From Streptosporangiaceae bacterium (GTDB lineage: Bacteria > Actinomycetota > Actinomycetes > Streptosporangiales > Streptosporangiaceae): a DNA stretch of 64,000 nucleotides. A model generated the notes under the pieces. The model was not told the DNA's origin, did no database searches, and was given only the letters and a program-made list of their open reading frames with translations. Location of the stretch: NCBI GenBank assembly GCA_036490755.1, contig DASXDJ010000134.1:46774-110773 (forward strand). Reading direction: 5' to 3'. A program made the translations under genes and the position numbers. This document shows positions 55,534-63,729 of the stretch, in pieces; position 1 is the stretch's first letter, and each line of letters opens with the position of its first letter.

Positions 55534-56430
55534 GTGACCCATGATCTGGACGCCCGCTTTCCCCGGGTCGGGGCTCTCACTGAGGCTCTGGGGACGGCTG
55601 GTTACCTGGCCGGGGAGCAGTTGTCCGCTGCGCTGTTCCTGGCGGTCCAGATGGGCCAGCCGATCCTGCTCGAGGGCGAGCCAGGGGTAGGGAAGACCGA
55701 GGCGGCTAAGGCGCTGGCCAGCGCGCTGGATACGCCGCTGGTCCGGCTCCAGTGCTATGAGGGCATAACGGCCGCCGAGGCGTTGTATGAGTGGAACTAC
55801 CCGCGCCAGCTGCTGGCTATCCGGCTGGCCGAAGCGGCGCGGGAGCACATCCAGGACAAGGACCTGTTCTCCCGGGACTATCTGCTGTCCCGGCCGCTGC
55901 TGACCGCGCTGCTCCATTCCGGCCCGCGGCCCGCGGTCCTGCTCATCGACGAAGTCGACCGGGCCGATGATGAGTTTGAAGCATTCCTGTTTGAAATGCT
56001 GGCCGAGTCGGCGGTCACCATCCCCGAGCTCGGCACTCAGAAAGCCGCCCTGCCGCCTGTCACGGTGCTTACTTCCAACCGGACCCGGGACTTGCATGAC
56101 GCGCTCAAGCGGCGCTGCCTGTATCACTGGATCGCCTACCCGGACACGGCCCGGGTGACTGAGATCATCCGGCGTCGCGTGCCGGCTTCGAAAGAGGCGC
56201 TGGCGGGCCAGGTCGCGGCCGCGGTGCAGCGGCTCCGGGACCTGGACCTCACCAAGCCTCCTGGCATCTCCGAGGCCATTGCCTGGGCGTTCGCCGTCAG
56301 CGTGTTCGGTGCGGACGAGCTGACCGTGCCGGTGGCCACCCAGACGCTGAGCGCGGTAGTGAAGTATCCCGAGGATGAGGAGACGGTGCTCCAGGCTGGG
56401 CTCGCTCCGGTGATCGCTGCCATTGACTGA
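55534..56430 (+). CDS. coxD: MoxR-family AAA+ ATPase (CoxD-like)
   Basis: LLEGEPGVGKTEAAKALA (Walker A), LLIDEVDRA (Walker B), and the MoxR C-terminal region. GTG start. Confidence 0.85.
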   Translation: MTHDLDARFPRVGALTEALGTAGYLAGEQLSAALFLAVQMGQPILLEGEPGVGKTEAAKALASALDTPLVRLQCYEGITAAEALYEWNYPRQLLAIRLAEAAREHIQDKDLFSRDYLLSRPLLTALLHSGPRPAVLLIDEVDRADDEFEAFLFEMLAESAVTIPELGTQKAALPPVTVLTSNRTRDLHDALKRRCLYHWIAYPDTARVTEIIRRRVPASKEALAGQVAAAVQRLRDLDLTKPPGISEAIAWAFAVSVFGADELTVPVATQTLSAVVKYPEDEETVLQAGLAPVIAAID

Positions 56431-57649
56431 GCGCCTGGCATCAGTGGATGTCGCCGCCACGGCGGCGGCGTTCGGAGTCGCCCTGCACAGCGCCGGCCTG
56501 CCCGTCGGGCCCGATCGATGCGAGCGGCTGGCGCAGGCCATCACGGTCATGAAGGCTCAGTCCCTGGCCGAGCTGCGTGCCTGCGCCCTCGCCACGATGG
56601 TGTCTGACCCAGGCCAGCTACTCATCTTCGACCGGGTCTTCGCAGCGCTTTTCGGCAGCCCGTCCCCGCTCAGCGCGCTGCTGTCAACAGTCCCGTCAGC
56701 ATCGCCGCGTCCTGGCGCCATCGGCCCGTCGGCTTCGCCGGCACCTTCCTCGGCTGATGCTGGCGGCTGGACTTCTGTTATGCAGAGCGCCGAGGCCGAC
56801 TCGCAGTCGTCAGGCGGCATTAGCGATGACCTCGCCGAGGGTCCGGCTCTGCGCCTGGTGGCATCGGACACCGAGCGTCTGCGCAACCGTGATTTCACTG
56901 AGCTATCCCCGGCCGAGCTCCGCCAGCTCGTGGCACTGATGCGGGAGCTGACTCTGGCCATCCCGCCGCGGCGCACCCGCCGGTATCGCGGACCTCGCAA
57001 GGGCAAGCGGCCCGACCTTCGCCGGACCATGCGCCAGGCCCAGCGATACGGCGGTGAGGTAATCAAACTGTCGCATCAGGCTCGGGTGATCCGGCCGCGC
57101 CGCCTGGTGGTGCTGTGCGACATCTCCGGCTCCATGGAGCCCTATGCGCGGGCGCTGCTCCTGCTCATGTACGTGCTCTACGGTGCCCAGTCTCAGGGCG
57201 TCCGATTGCGGAAGCCCGGTGCCAGCCGGCTCGAGCTATTCAGCTTCGCAACCCGGCTCACCCGGCTCACCCCTGCGCTGGCCGCGGCCAGCCCGGACAC
57301 CATGCTGGCCAAGGCAGGCGAAGTCGCCCTGGACTGGTCCGGCGGAACCCGGATCGGCCCTGCGCTTAAGGAGTTCAATGACCGCTACGGAGCCCCTGGC
57401 ATGGCCCGCGGCGCGGTGGTACTGATCATCTCCGACGGCTGGGAGACCGGGGATCCGGAGCTGCTCGGGAAGCAGATGGCCCGGCTGGACCGGCTGGCTT
57501 ACCGGATCGTGTGGGCCAACCCCCGCACTCAGTCCCCGCGATACCGTCCGGAGGTGGGCGGCATGGCCGCCGCATGGCCCTTCTGCGACGCCGTGGTGAG
57601 CGCGCATAACCTGGACGCCCTCGACGACCTGCTGGCCGCGCTCGGCTGA
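56423..57649 (+). CDS. coxE: VWA-domain protein (CoxE-like)
   Basis: It overlaps the MoxR stop. The C-terminal VWA has a MIDAS-like LCDISGSM motif, and the layout is CoxE-family. The start (TTG 56423 or GTG 56444) is uncertain. Confidence 0.8.
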   Translation: MTERLASVDVAATAAAFGVALHSAGLPVGPDRCERLAQAITVMKAQSLAELRACALATMVSDPGQLLIFDRVFAALFGSPSPLSALLSTVPSASPRPGAIGPSASPAPSSADAGGWTSVMQSAEADSQSSGGISDDLAEGPALRLVASDTERLRNRDFTELSPAELRQLVALMRELTLAIPPRRTRRYRGPRKGKRPDLRRTMRQAQRYGGEVIKLSHQARVIRPRRLVVLCDISGSMEPYARALLLLMYVLYGAQSQGVRLRKPGASRLELFSFATRLTRLTPALAAASPDTMLAKAGEVALDWSGGTRIGPALKEFNDRYGAPGMARGAVVLIISDGWETGDPELLGKQMARLDRLAYRIVWANPRTQSPRYRPEVGGMAAAWPFCDAVVSAHNLDALDDLLAALG

Positions 57650-57696
57650 AGCATGAGTCGAGGCTGGGTAGAAACGCGGCTCTGCGGGAGGAACCT

Positions 57697-57726
57697 CCGG
57701 GAACGGGGCGTGCCCCCCGTTTCCGG
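57697..57726 (+). terminator. Hairpin downstream of coxE-like gene
   Basis: CCGGGAACGGGG-cgtgcc-CCCCGTTTCCGG forms a 12-bp stem with one G-U pair, 48 nt after the stop. Confidence 0.35.
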
Positions 57727-57764
57727 GCGCCGAACGCTGAGCGAACGGCACGACCCCTAGCTTC

Positions 57765-58013
57765 GTGATGGCCCTGACTGCCAGGGCCCGCTCGTCTGAA
57801 GGGGGACCCGTGACGACCACGTCTGCCGGCCTCGGCTCGCCGGTTACCGAGCAGCTGGCTGCTGCCCTGCGCGGCGAGCTGATCACGGCGGGCCAGGACC
57901 GGATCAAGGCTGCCTGCCGGGACAGCTACGACCGGCTCACCCGGGTCAGGCAGCGCTACGACCCGGACAACATCTTCCACGTCAGCCAGAACATCCAGCC
58001 GCGGGGGAGGTAA
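57765..58013 (+). pseudogene. C-terminal fragment of a BBE/FAD-linked oxidase gene
   Basis: ...SYDRLTRVRQRYDPDNIFHVSQNIQP is the conserved extreme C-terminus of berberine-bridge-enzyme-like FAD oxidases. Nothing upstream corresponds to the roughly 400 missing residues. Confidence 0.5.
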
Positions 58014-58016
58014 GCG

Positions 58017-59681
58017 ATGTCCCGGCCCGTCCTGTTCGTGCTCGACGACGACGCCGGGGTCGCGGAGGCGCTTCGCGGCGACCTCAGCCGGCGATTCAGC
58101 CAGGACTTCAGCGTCCTGGCAGAGTCGTCGGCGGCCGCGGGACTGTCGACGCTGCGCGAGCTGGCCAGCCAGTCCGATCCCGTGGCCCTGCTAATCGTCG
58201 ACGATCAGATGGCCGAGATGCCCGGGGTCGATTTCCTGGTCCGAGCGCATGACCTGCATCCGCTGGCCAAGCGGGTGCTCCTAGTCGAACGCGACTACTC
58301 GGCGTGCAGCCCGGTCGTCCGGGCCATGACGCTCGGCCAGGCCGACTACCACCTGGTCAAGCCGTGGTTCCTCGAGCAGGATCTGTACCGCGGCATCAGC
58401 GAGTTCCTGGCTGAGTGGGCCAAGGACCAGGAAGCTGGCTTTGACCTGTTCCGCATCATCGGCGGACTCCAGGACCGCGCCACCAATGAGCTGCGGGACC
58501 TGCTGATCCGCTTCAACGTGCCGTTCGGCTTCCTGAGCGCCGACGACGAGCCAGGCCGGAGCCTGCTCCGTGACCGGGACCTGGACGCGTCCCGGCTGCC
58601 GGTCATGATCCGCCATGACGGCTGCACCATGGTCGAACCCGAGCCGGCCCAGGTCGTCGATGCAGTCGGCGTCAGCACGCACAGCGACATCACCGAGTGC
58701 GACGTGGCCATCATCGGAGCCGGGCCGGCCGGCCTTGCGGCCTCCGTCTGCGCTGCCTCCGAGGGGCTGCAGACGGTCGTGCTGGAGGAGGTCGTCTCGG
58801 GCGGCCAGGCGGGCAGCAGCCCGATGATCCGCAACTACCCTGGCTTCGCGCACGGCGTCAGCGGCCACGACCTGACCCGCCGGGCATGCGAGCAGGCCTG
58901 GATGTTCGGGGCGCACATGGTGTGCGCGCAGGCCATCACCGGGCTGGACGACCAGGGCGGTGAGCAGATCGTGCAGCTGGCCGACGGCCATCAGATAGCG
59001 GCCCGGTCGGTGATCGTGGCCACGGGCATCACATGGCGCAGCCTCGGCGTGCCGCGGCTGGAGGAGCTGGTCGGCTCGGGCGTGTTCTACGGTGCGGCCG
59101 GCAGCGAGACCATGGCTATGGCGGGCCGCGACGTCTTCGTCGTCGGGGCAGGCAACTCGGCCGGGCAGACCGCACTGCACCTGGCCCGGCACGCCAGGCA
59201 CGTGACCATGGTCGTGCGCCGGGACAGCCTGGCACATTCCATGTCGGAGTACCTGATCAAGGAGATCGAGGCCACCGCAACGATCACCGTGCGCCTGGAA
59301 ACCGAGGTCATCGACGGCCACGGAGCCGGTTACCTGGACGGCCTGACCCTGCACGACAAGCAAAGCGGCCGGACGGAGCAGGTCCTGGCGGACGCGCTGT
59401 TCGTGCTCATCGGCGGCGAGCCCTGCACTCAGTGGCTCCCGAAGGCGATCCAGCTGGACGGCGGCTACATCCTGACCGGGAGCGACGTCGTCCGCGACGG
59501 TACTCATCCGTCCCGGTGGCCGCTGGAGCGTCCGCCGCTGCCGCTCGAGACCTCCATTCCCGGCGTCTTCGCCATCGGCGACGTCCGGTACCGCTCAATT
59601 AAGAGAGTGGCTTCAGCCGTCGGCGACGGTGCGGCAGCGGTGCGAATCGTCCACGAGTACCTGGCCACCAGCACGCGTTAA
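58017..59681 (+). CDS. Receiver-domain / thioredoxin-like / thioredoxin-reductase-like flavoprotein fusion (no redox CxxC)
   Basis: REC (VLFVLDDD...LLIVDDQMAEMPG...KP), a middle alpha/beta domain, then DVAIIGAGPAGLAA... and VVGAGNSAGQTAL... with the GD motif FAIGDV. Where TrxB has CATC, this sequence reads GAAGSETM. Confidence 0.75.
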   Translation: MSRPVLFVLDDDAGVAEALRGDLSRRFSQDFSVLAESSAAAGLSTLRELASQSDPVALLIVDDQMAEMPGVDFLVRAHDLHPLAKRVLLVERDYSACSPVVRAMTLGQADYHLVKPWFLEQDLYRGISEFLAEWAKDQEAGFDLFRIIGGLQDRATNELRDLLIRFNVPFGFLSADDEPGRSLLRDRDLDASRLPVMIRHDGCTMVEPEPAQVVDAVGVSTHSDITECDVAIIGAGPAGLAASVCAASEGLQTVVLEEVVSGGQAGSSPMIRNYPGFAHGVSGHDLTRRACEQAWMFGAHMVCAQAITGLDDQGGEQIVQLADGHQIAARSVIVATGITWRSLGVPRLEELVGSGVFYGAAGSETMAMAGRDVFVVGAGNSAGQTALHLARHARHVTMVVRRDSLAHSMSEYLIKEIEATATITVRLETEVIDGHGAGYLDGLTLHDKQSGRTEQVLADALFVLIGGEPCTQWLPKAIQLDGGYILTGSDVVRDGTHPSRWPLERPPLPLETSIPGVFAIGDVRYRSIKRVASAVGDGAAAVRIVHEYLATSTR

Positions 59682-59742
59682 GTTTCGCCCCCCGGGAACG
59701 CCGGAAATTGCTCGCGGAAATTGATGCCTGCCGGGGCTGGCG

Positions 59743-60366
59743 ATGGGGAGGATGGTAGCCATGAGCCCTGTTTCGCGCGGTTTCCACCGCAGGCACCAGG
59801 AGCCGGCCGAGACGGCGGGCCGCGTTCCGCCCGGCCAGTACCTGACCAGGGACTTCCCGGTGCTGTCCGCCGGCCCGACTCCGCATACGCCCCTGGACCG
59901 GTGGACGTTCTCCATCAGCCGCAGCGGGCAGCAGAAGACGTGGAGCTGGGAGGAGTTCCGGGCGCTGCCGAGCCAGGACGTGACAGTCGACATCCACTGC
60001 GTCACGAAATGGTCCAAGCTGGACACGGCCTGGCAGGGCGTGTCGGTGGATACGCTGCTGGGCCTGGCCGGGCATGACGGCCCGTTCGCGATGGCGCACT
60101 GCGACGGGGGCTACACGACCAACGTGCCGGTGGCCGACCTGACCGGCGGCCAGGCGTGGGTGGCCTACGCCTATGACGGCCAGCCGCTGGAACCCGAGCA
60201 CGGCGGCCCGGCGCGGCTGCTCGTCCCGCACCTGTACTTCTGGAAGAGCGCCAAGTGGGTCCGCAGCCTCGAGCTGCGCGACACCAACGACCCGGGTTTC
60301 TGGGAGAACTACGGCTACCACATCTACGGAGACCCATGGCGGGAACAGCGCTACGCAGGCGACTGA
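59743..60366 (+). CDS. Sulfite-oxidase-like molybdopterin oxidoreductase (small, YedY/MsrP-like fold)
   Basis: PPGQYLTRDFPVL....W.F.I.G......W.EF..LP....T.DIHCVTKWSK.D..W.GV pattern. Confidence 0.8.
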   Translation: MGRMVAMSPVSRGFHRRHQEPAETAGRVPPGQYLTRDFPVLSAGPTPHTPLDRWTFSISRSGQQKTWSWEEFRALPSQDVTVDIHCVTKWSKLDTAWQGVSVDTLLGLAGHDGPFAMAHCDGGYTTNVPVADLTGGQAWVAYAYDGQPLEPEHGGPARLLVPHLYFWKSAKWVRSLELRDTNDPGFWENYGYHIYGDPWREQRYAGD

Positions 60367-61079
60367 CCTGGCAGGCCGCCAGGGTCAGCGATGTTGTCAC
60401 CGAGACCCCGTCGGTCCGGACGATCATGCTCGAGGTGCCGGACTGGCCCGGCCACCAGGCCGGCCAGCACCTGGACATCCGGCTGACCGACGAGGACGGA
60501 TATGTAGCGGAGCGGTCCTACTCGATCGCGTCGGCTCCTGGCGAGCCCGTCGCGATCACGGTGGAGCGGCTGGACGACGGCGAGGTATCGCCGTACCTCA
60601 CTGATGAGCTGCGAGCCGGGGATGAGCTGGAGCTGCGCGGGCCGATCGGCGGCTACTTCGTGTGGGAGCCCGAGGATGGCGGCCCGCTCCTCCTGCTGGC
60701 CGGCGGGTCCGGGGTGGTGCCGCTGCGGGCCATCCTCCGGCACCGCGAGCGGACCGGCAGCACCGCTCCGGTCCGCCTGCTGTACTCCTCGCGCGCGCTG
60801 GCCGACGTGATCTATCACTCCGAGCTGGACCAGCCGCCCGCCGGCGTCGAGGTCATCCACACCCTGACCCGCCACCAGCCGCCAGGCTGGGCCGGATACG
60901 CGCGCCGGGTCGACGCGGCCCTGCTCGCCGAGGTGGCGTGGCCGGCCAGCGACACGCCGCTGGCCTACACCTGCGGGCCGACCAGCTTCGTCGAGGCGGT
61001 CTCGCAGGCCCTCGTCCAGGCCGGCTACCCGCCGGAGCGGGTGAAGACCGAGCGTTTCGGGGCAACGGGAGGGATCTGA
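60336..61079 (+). CDS. Ferredoxin-NADP reductase-type FAD/NAD(P)-binding oxidoreductase
   Basis: RSYSIAS (RxYS FAD motif), GPIGGYF, LLLAGGSGVVPL. The start (ATG 60336) overlaps the upstream gene. Confidence 0.75.
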   Translation: MAGTALRRRLTWQAARVSDVVTETPSVRTIMLEVPDWPGHQAGQHLDIRLTDEDGYVAERSYSIASAPGEPVAITVERLDDGEVSPYLTDELRAGDELELRGPIGGYFVWEPEDGGPLLLLAGGSGVVPLRAILRHRERTGSTAPVRLLYSSRALADVIYHSELDQPPAGVEVIHTLTRHQPPGWAGYARRVDAALLAEVAWPASDTPLAYTCGPTSFVEAVSQALVQAGYPPERVKTERFGATGGI

Positions 61080-61324
61080 TGGAAGCACTGGACGGGAACG
61101 CCATCGGTGGCCTGCTGCACGAGGTCTTCGGGACCGAGATGACCGCGGCCGCCAGCCTCTGCGGGGCCTGCGGCGACGCCCGCCCGGTCGCCGAGCTGGT
61201 GGTCTACCTGCGGGCGCCCGGCACGGTCGTCCGCTGCCGCTCGTGCGCCAGCATCCTCATGGTCTTCGTCCGGGCCCGCGGCCGGATCTGCGTCGACCTC
61301 CGGGGTCTCGCCGCCCTTGGCTAG
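61079..61324 (+). CDS. DUF6510-family small Cys4 protein
   Basis: MEALDGNAIGGLLHEVFGTEMT...CGACG...RCRSC... The TGATG start/stop junction matches the conserved trio with the two upstream genes. Confidence 0.65.
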   Translation: MEALDGNAIGGLLHEVFGTEMTAAASLCGACGDARPVAELVVYLRAPGTVVRCRSCASILMVFVRARGRICVDLRGLAALG

Positions 61325-61554
61325 TGCCCTTCGCTGCCCAACCAGAAGCCTGATCCGCCGCGAGCCGGGAACAGCGCCTCAAGCCGCTGGATTGCCCGGT
61401 AGACGACCGGACGGGCGACCCGCCAGACCTCGCCCGGGCTGCCCTGCCGGCCCAGCAGCCCGGCGATGGCGAACCCGTGGGCCGGCTGCTCGCAGACCAG
61501 GCCCAGCACAACCCACTCCGACAACGACAGCGTCGGCTCGTCTGGGTCTGGCAT
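61321..61554 (-). pseudogene. Truncated PadR-family regulator (N-terminal wHTH only)
   Basis: LSEWVVLGLVCEQPAHGFAIAGLL......W.V.RPVVYRAIQRLEA is the PadR wHTH. The ORF then runs into the convergent DUF6510 gene and stops after 77 aa with a non-PadR tail. Confidence 0.45.
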
Positions 61555-61702
61555 GTGCTCAGCTCAGGCGGGCGTCGCTTCAGGGATGACCCTGGCGGGG
61601 CAGCCAGCTTGATGCTCAGTTCGGCGCTGACCATAGATACCGGGCGGCGGGAAAACGGGCGCCCGGTCACTGCGGTCGCCATGTGCTTGCCGCGATCAGG
61701 AG

Positions 61703-62820
61703 TCAGCGCCGGCTCGTCTCCCGAAGCCATGCCCGGGTGCCCATCTGGACGGCTTCCCAGGGGCTGCCGAGGGCCGGGGTGTAGGACAGGTCGAGGTCGC
61801 TGACGGCGTCGATGGTCATGGCGTGGTGGATGGCGGTGGCGGCGATGTCGATGCGCTTGGCGATCTCGGCGTGCCGGTGGCCGTAGAGCTGCATGCCGAG
61901 CAACTGTCCGGTGGTGCGGTCTCCGGTGACGCGCATGACGATGCGGTGGCTGCCGGGGTAGTAGGCCTTGTGGTCGTCGGCCTCGGCGCTGACGGTGACG
62001 GGGTCGTATCCGGCGGCGGTGGCTTCGTGGTCGCGCAAGCCGGTGCGGGCGGCGGCGTGGCTGAAGATCTTGACGACCTGGGTGCCGAGGCTGCCGGCGA
62101 ACTCGCGGGTGCCGCCGAGGGCGTTCTCGCCGGCGACGACCAGGACCAGGTCCGCGGCCCGGATGACCGGCGTCCCGTCGGCCGTGACCGCTGTTACCTG
62201 TAGCCGGCCGTCCTGGCCGGGGTCGGCGCGGCTGACCTGCCGGACAGTGGTGCCGGCCAGCACGTCGGCGCCGTGCCTGGCGAGCTGGGCGTGCACGAGG
62301 GTGCCGAGGGCGGGGTCGACGGTGGGCAGGACCTCGGGGAGCTGTTCCATCTGGGTGACGTGGATGCCGCGGGTGGTGAGGGCGTCGGCCATTTCCAGGC
62401 GGTGTCGCTCATGGAGTGCAGCAGGTGCACGCCGTCGGCCGGGCCGAGCTGGTCCAGGCCGTCAACCGGCGGGCGGACCGGGACGGCGCCGGTGCCGATG
62501 ACGAGCCTGTCGTAGCTGATCAGTTCCTCGGCTCCGCCGGGGGTGGTGACCAGGAGCTTGCGTCCGGGCACGTCGATGCGGCGAGCGGTGGTGTCCAGGC
62601 GAAGCCGCAGGCCGGCGGCTTCCAGGTCGGCGATGGTGCGGTGGGCGAGGTTACGCCAGTGGGTCACCTCGCCGGAGATGTAGTAGGGGATGCCGCAGAT
62701 GGAGAAGTTGGGGTGGGCGTCAGCGCAGACCACGGTCACGCGTGCGGCGGGGTCGAGCTCGCGGGCGCGCAGCGCGGCGGAGATCCCGGCGTCGCTGCCG
62801 CCGATCATCACCAGGTGCAT
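61703..62820 (-). pseudogene. CoA-disulfide reductase/NADH-oxidase-family flavoprotein with two internal deletions
   Basis: The N-terminus is intact (MHLVMIGGSDAGISAA...SICGIPYY). After LLHSMSDTA the frame changes at about 62385-62400 and resumes at (L)EMADALTTRG, so the NAD GxGxxG strand is missing. LVLVVAG|ENALGG (about 62125-62140) lacks the segment that normally carries the second FAD motif. The C-terminal dimerisation domain is present. Confidence 0.55.
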
Positions 62821-62847
62821 GACAGGTCTCTCCTCCGGGCTGGCGGA

Positions 62848-63663
62848 TCAGCGTAGGTGGCGCGAAGCGGCGACATCGCCGGGCGGCCGGGAGGCTCCGC
62901 CTGTCCGGGCGGGGCCGGCCGGCGCCGGGGCGTCGTGAGGGACGACGATGCTGGCGGCCTGCTCGGGGGTGAGCCGGGGGTACAGGGCCCGGATGACCGC
63001 GATGGCCAGGGCGCCGCCGAGGACCTGGGCGCCGATGTAGGCGGGTGCCGATGAGGGGGCGATCCCGGCGAAGCTGTCAGAGAACATCCGGCCGGCGGTG
63101 ATGGCCGGGTTGGCGAAGCTGGCCGAGGAGGTGAAGAAGTACGCGGCGCCGATGTAGGCGCCGACCGCGGCCGGGGCGGACCGGGCGCGGCCGGACCGGG
63201 CGAGGGCGAAGATCACCAGGATCAGGCCGAGGGTGGCGATTACCTCGGACAGAAAGTGCGCGGGCGTGGCCCGGTCCTTGGCTGAGATGCTGACCGCGGC
63301 GGAGGCGAACATCAGGTTGGCCGCGACGGCCCCGGCGCTGCACCCGGCGACCTGGGCGGGCAGGTAGGCGGCGGCGTCCCGCCAGCGCAGCCCGCCGAAC
63401 GCGGCATCAGCGAACGACACCACGGGGTTGAAGTGCGCCCCGGATACCGGCCCGAACATGAGGATGATGGCGAACAGGCCCGCGGCCGTGGCGGCCGCGT
63501 TCTCCAGCAGCTCCAGCCCGGTATCGCCCGGCGACAGGCGCTGCGCGGCGATGCCGGAGCCGATCACGATCGCGGCCAGGAACGCGCTGCCCAGCAGCTC
63601 GGCCAGCAGCCGCCGCGTGAGCGCCACCTCGTTCACCGCGCCACCCTTCCCGGGCTGATTCAT
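62848..63663 (-). CDS. MIP-family channel (aquaglyceroporin-like; possible arsenite channel)
   Basis: Six TM segments, with the first NPA box as SGAHFNPVVS and the second as NPAITAGR. It is divergent from an ArsR gene. Confidence 0.8.
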   Translation of the reverse strand: MNQPGKGGAVNEVALTRRLLAELLGSAFLAAIVIGSGIAAQRLSPGDTGLELLENAAATAAGLFAIILMFGPVSGAHFNPVVSFADAAFGGLRWRDAAAYLPAQVAGCSAGAVAANLMFASAAVSISAKDRATPAHFLSEVIATLGLILVIFALARSGRARSAPAAVGAYIGAAYFFTSSASFANPAITAGRMFSDSFAGIAPSSAPAYIGAQVLGGALAIAVIRALYPRLTPEQAASIVVPHDAPAPAGPARTGGASRPPGDVAASRHLR

Positions 63664-63729
63664 CGATATCCGTCTATGCAGACAGCGCCAAGATTGCCAG
63701 GCCGCCTATCGGACCGTCAAGATAGAGGG

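Noticed and set aside
55519-56550. 343-aa minus-strand ORF opposite the MoxR gene
   Set aside because: It is a shadow frame. The plus strand has clear AAA+ motifs.
61257-61803. ORFs 61257..61730 (-) and 61477..61803 (+) around the PadR remnant
   Set aside because: Their composition is Arg/Gly/Pro-rich, and they overlap the recognisable PadR wHTH frame and the flavoprotein C-terminus.
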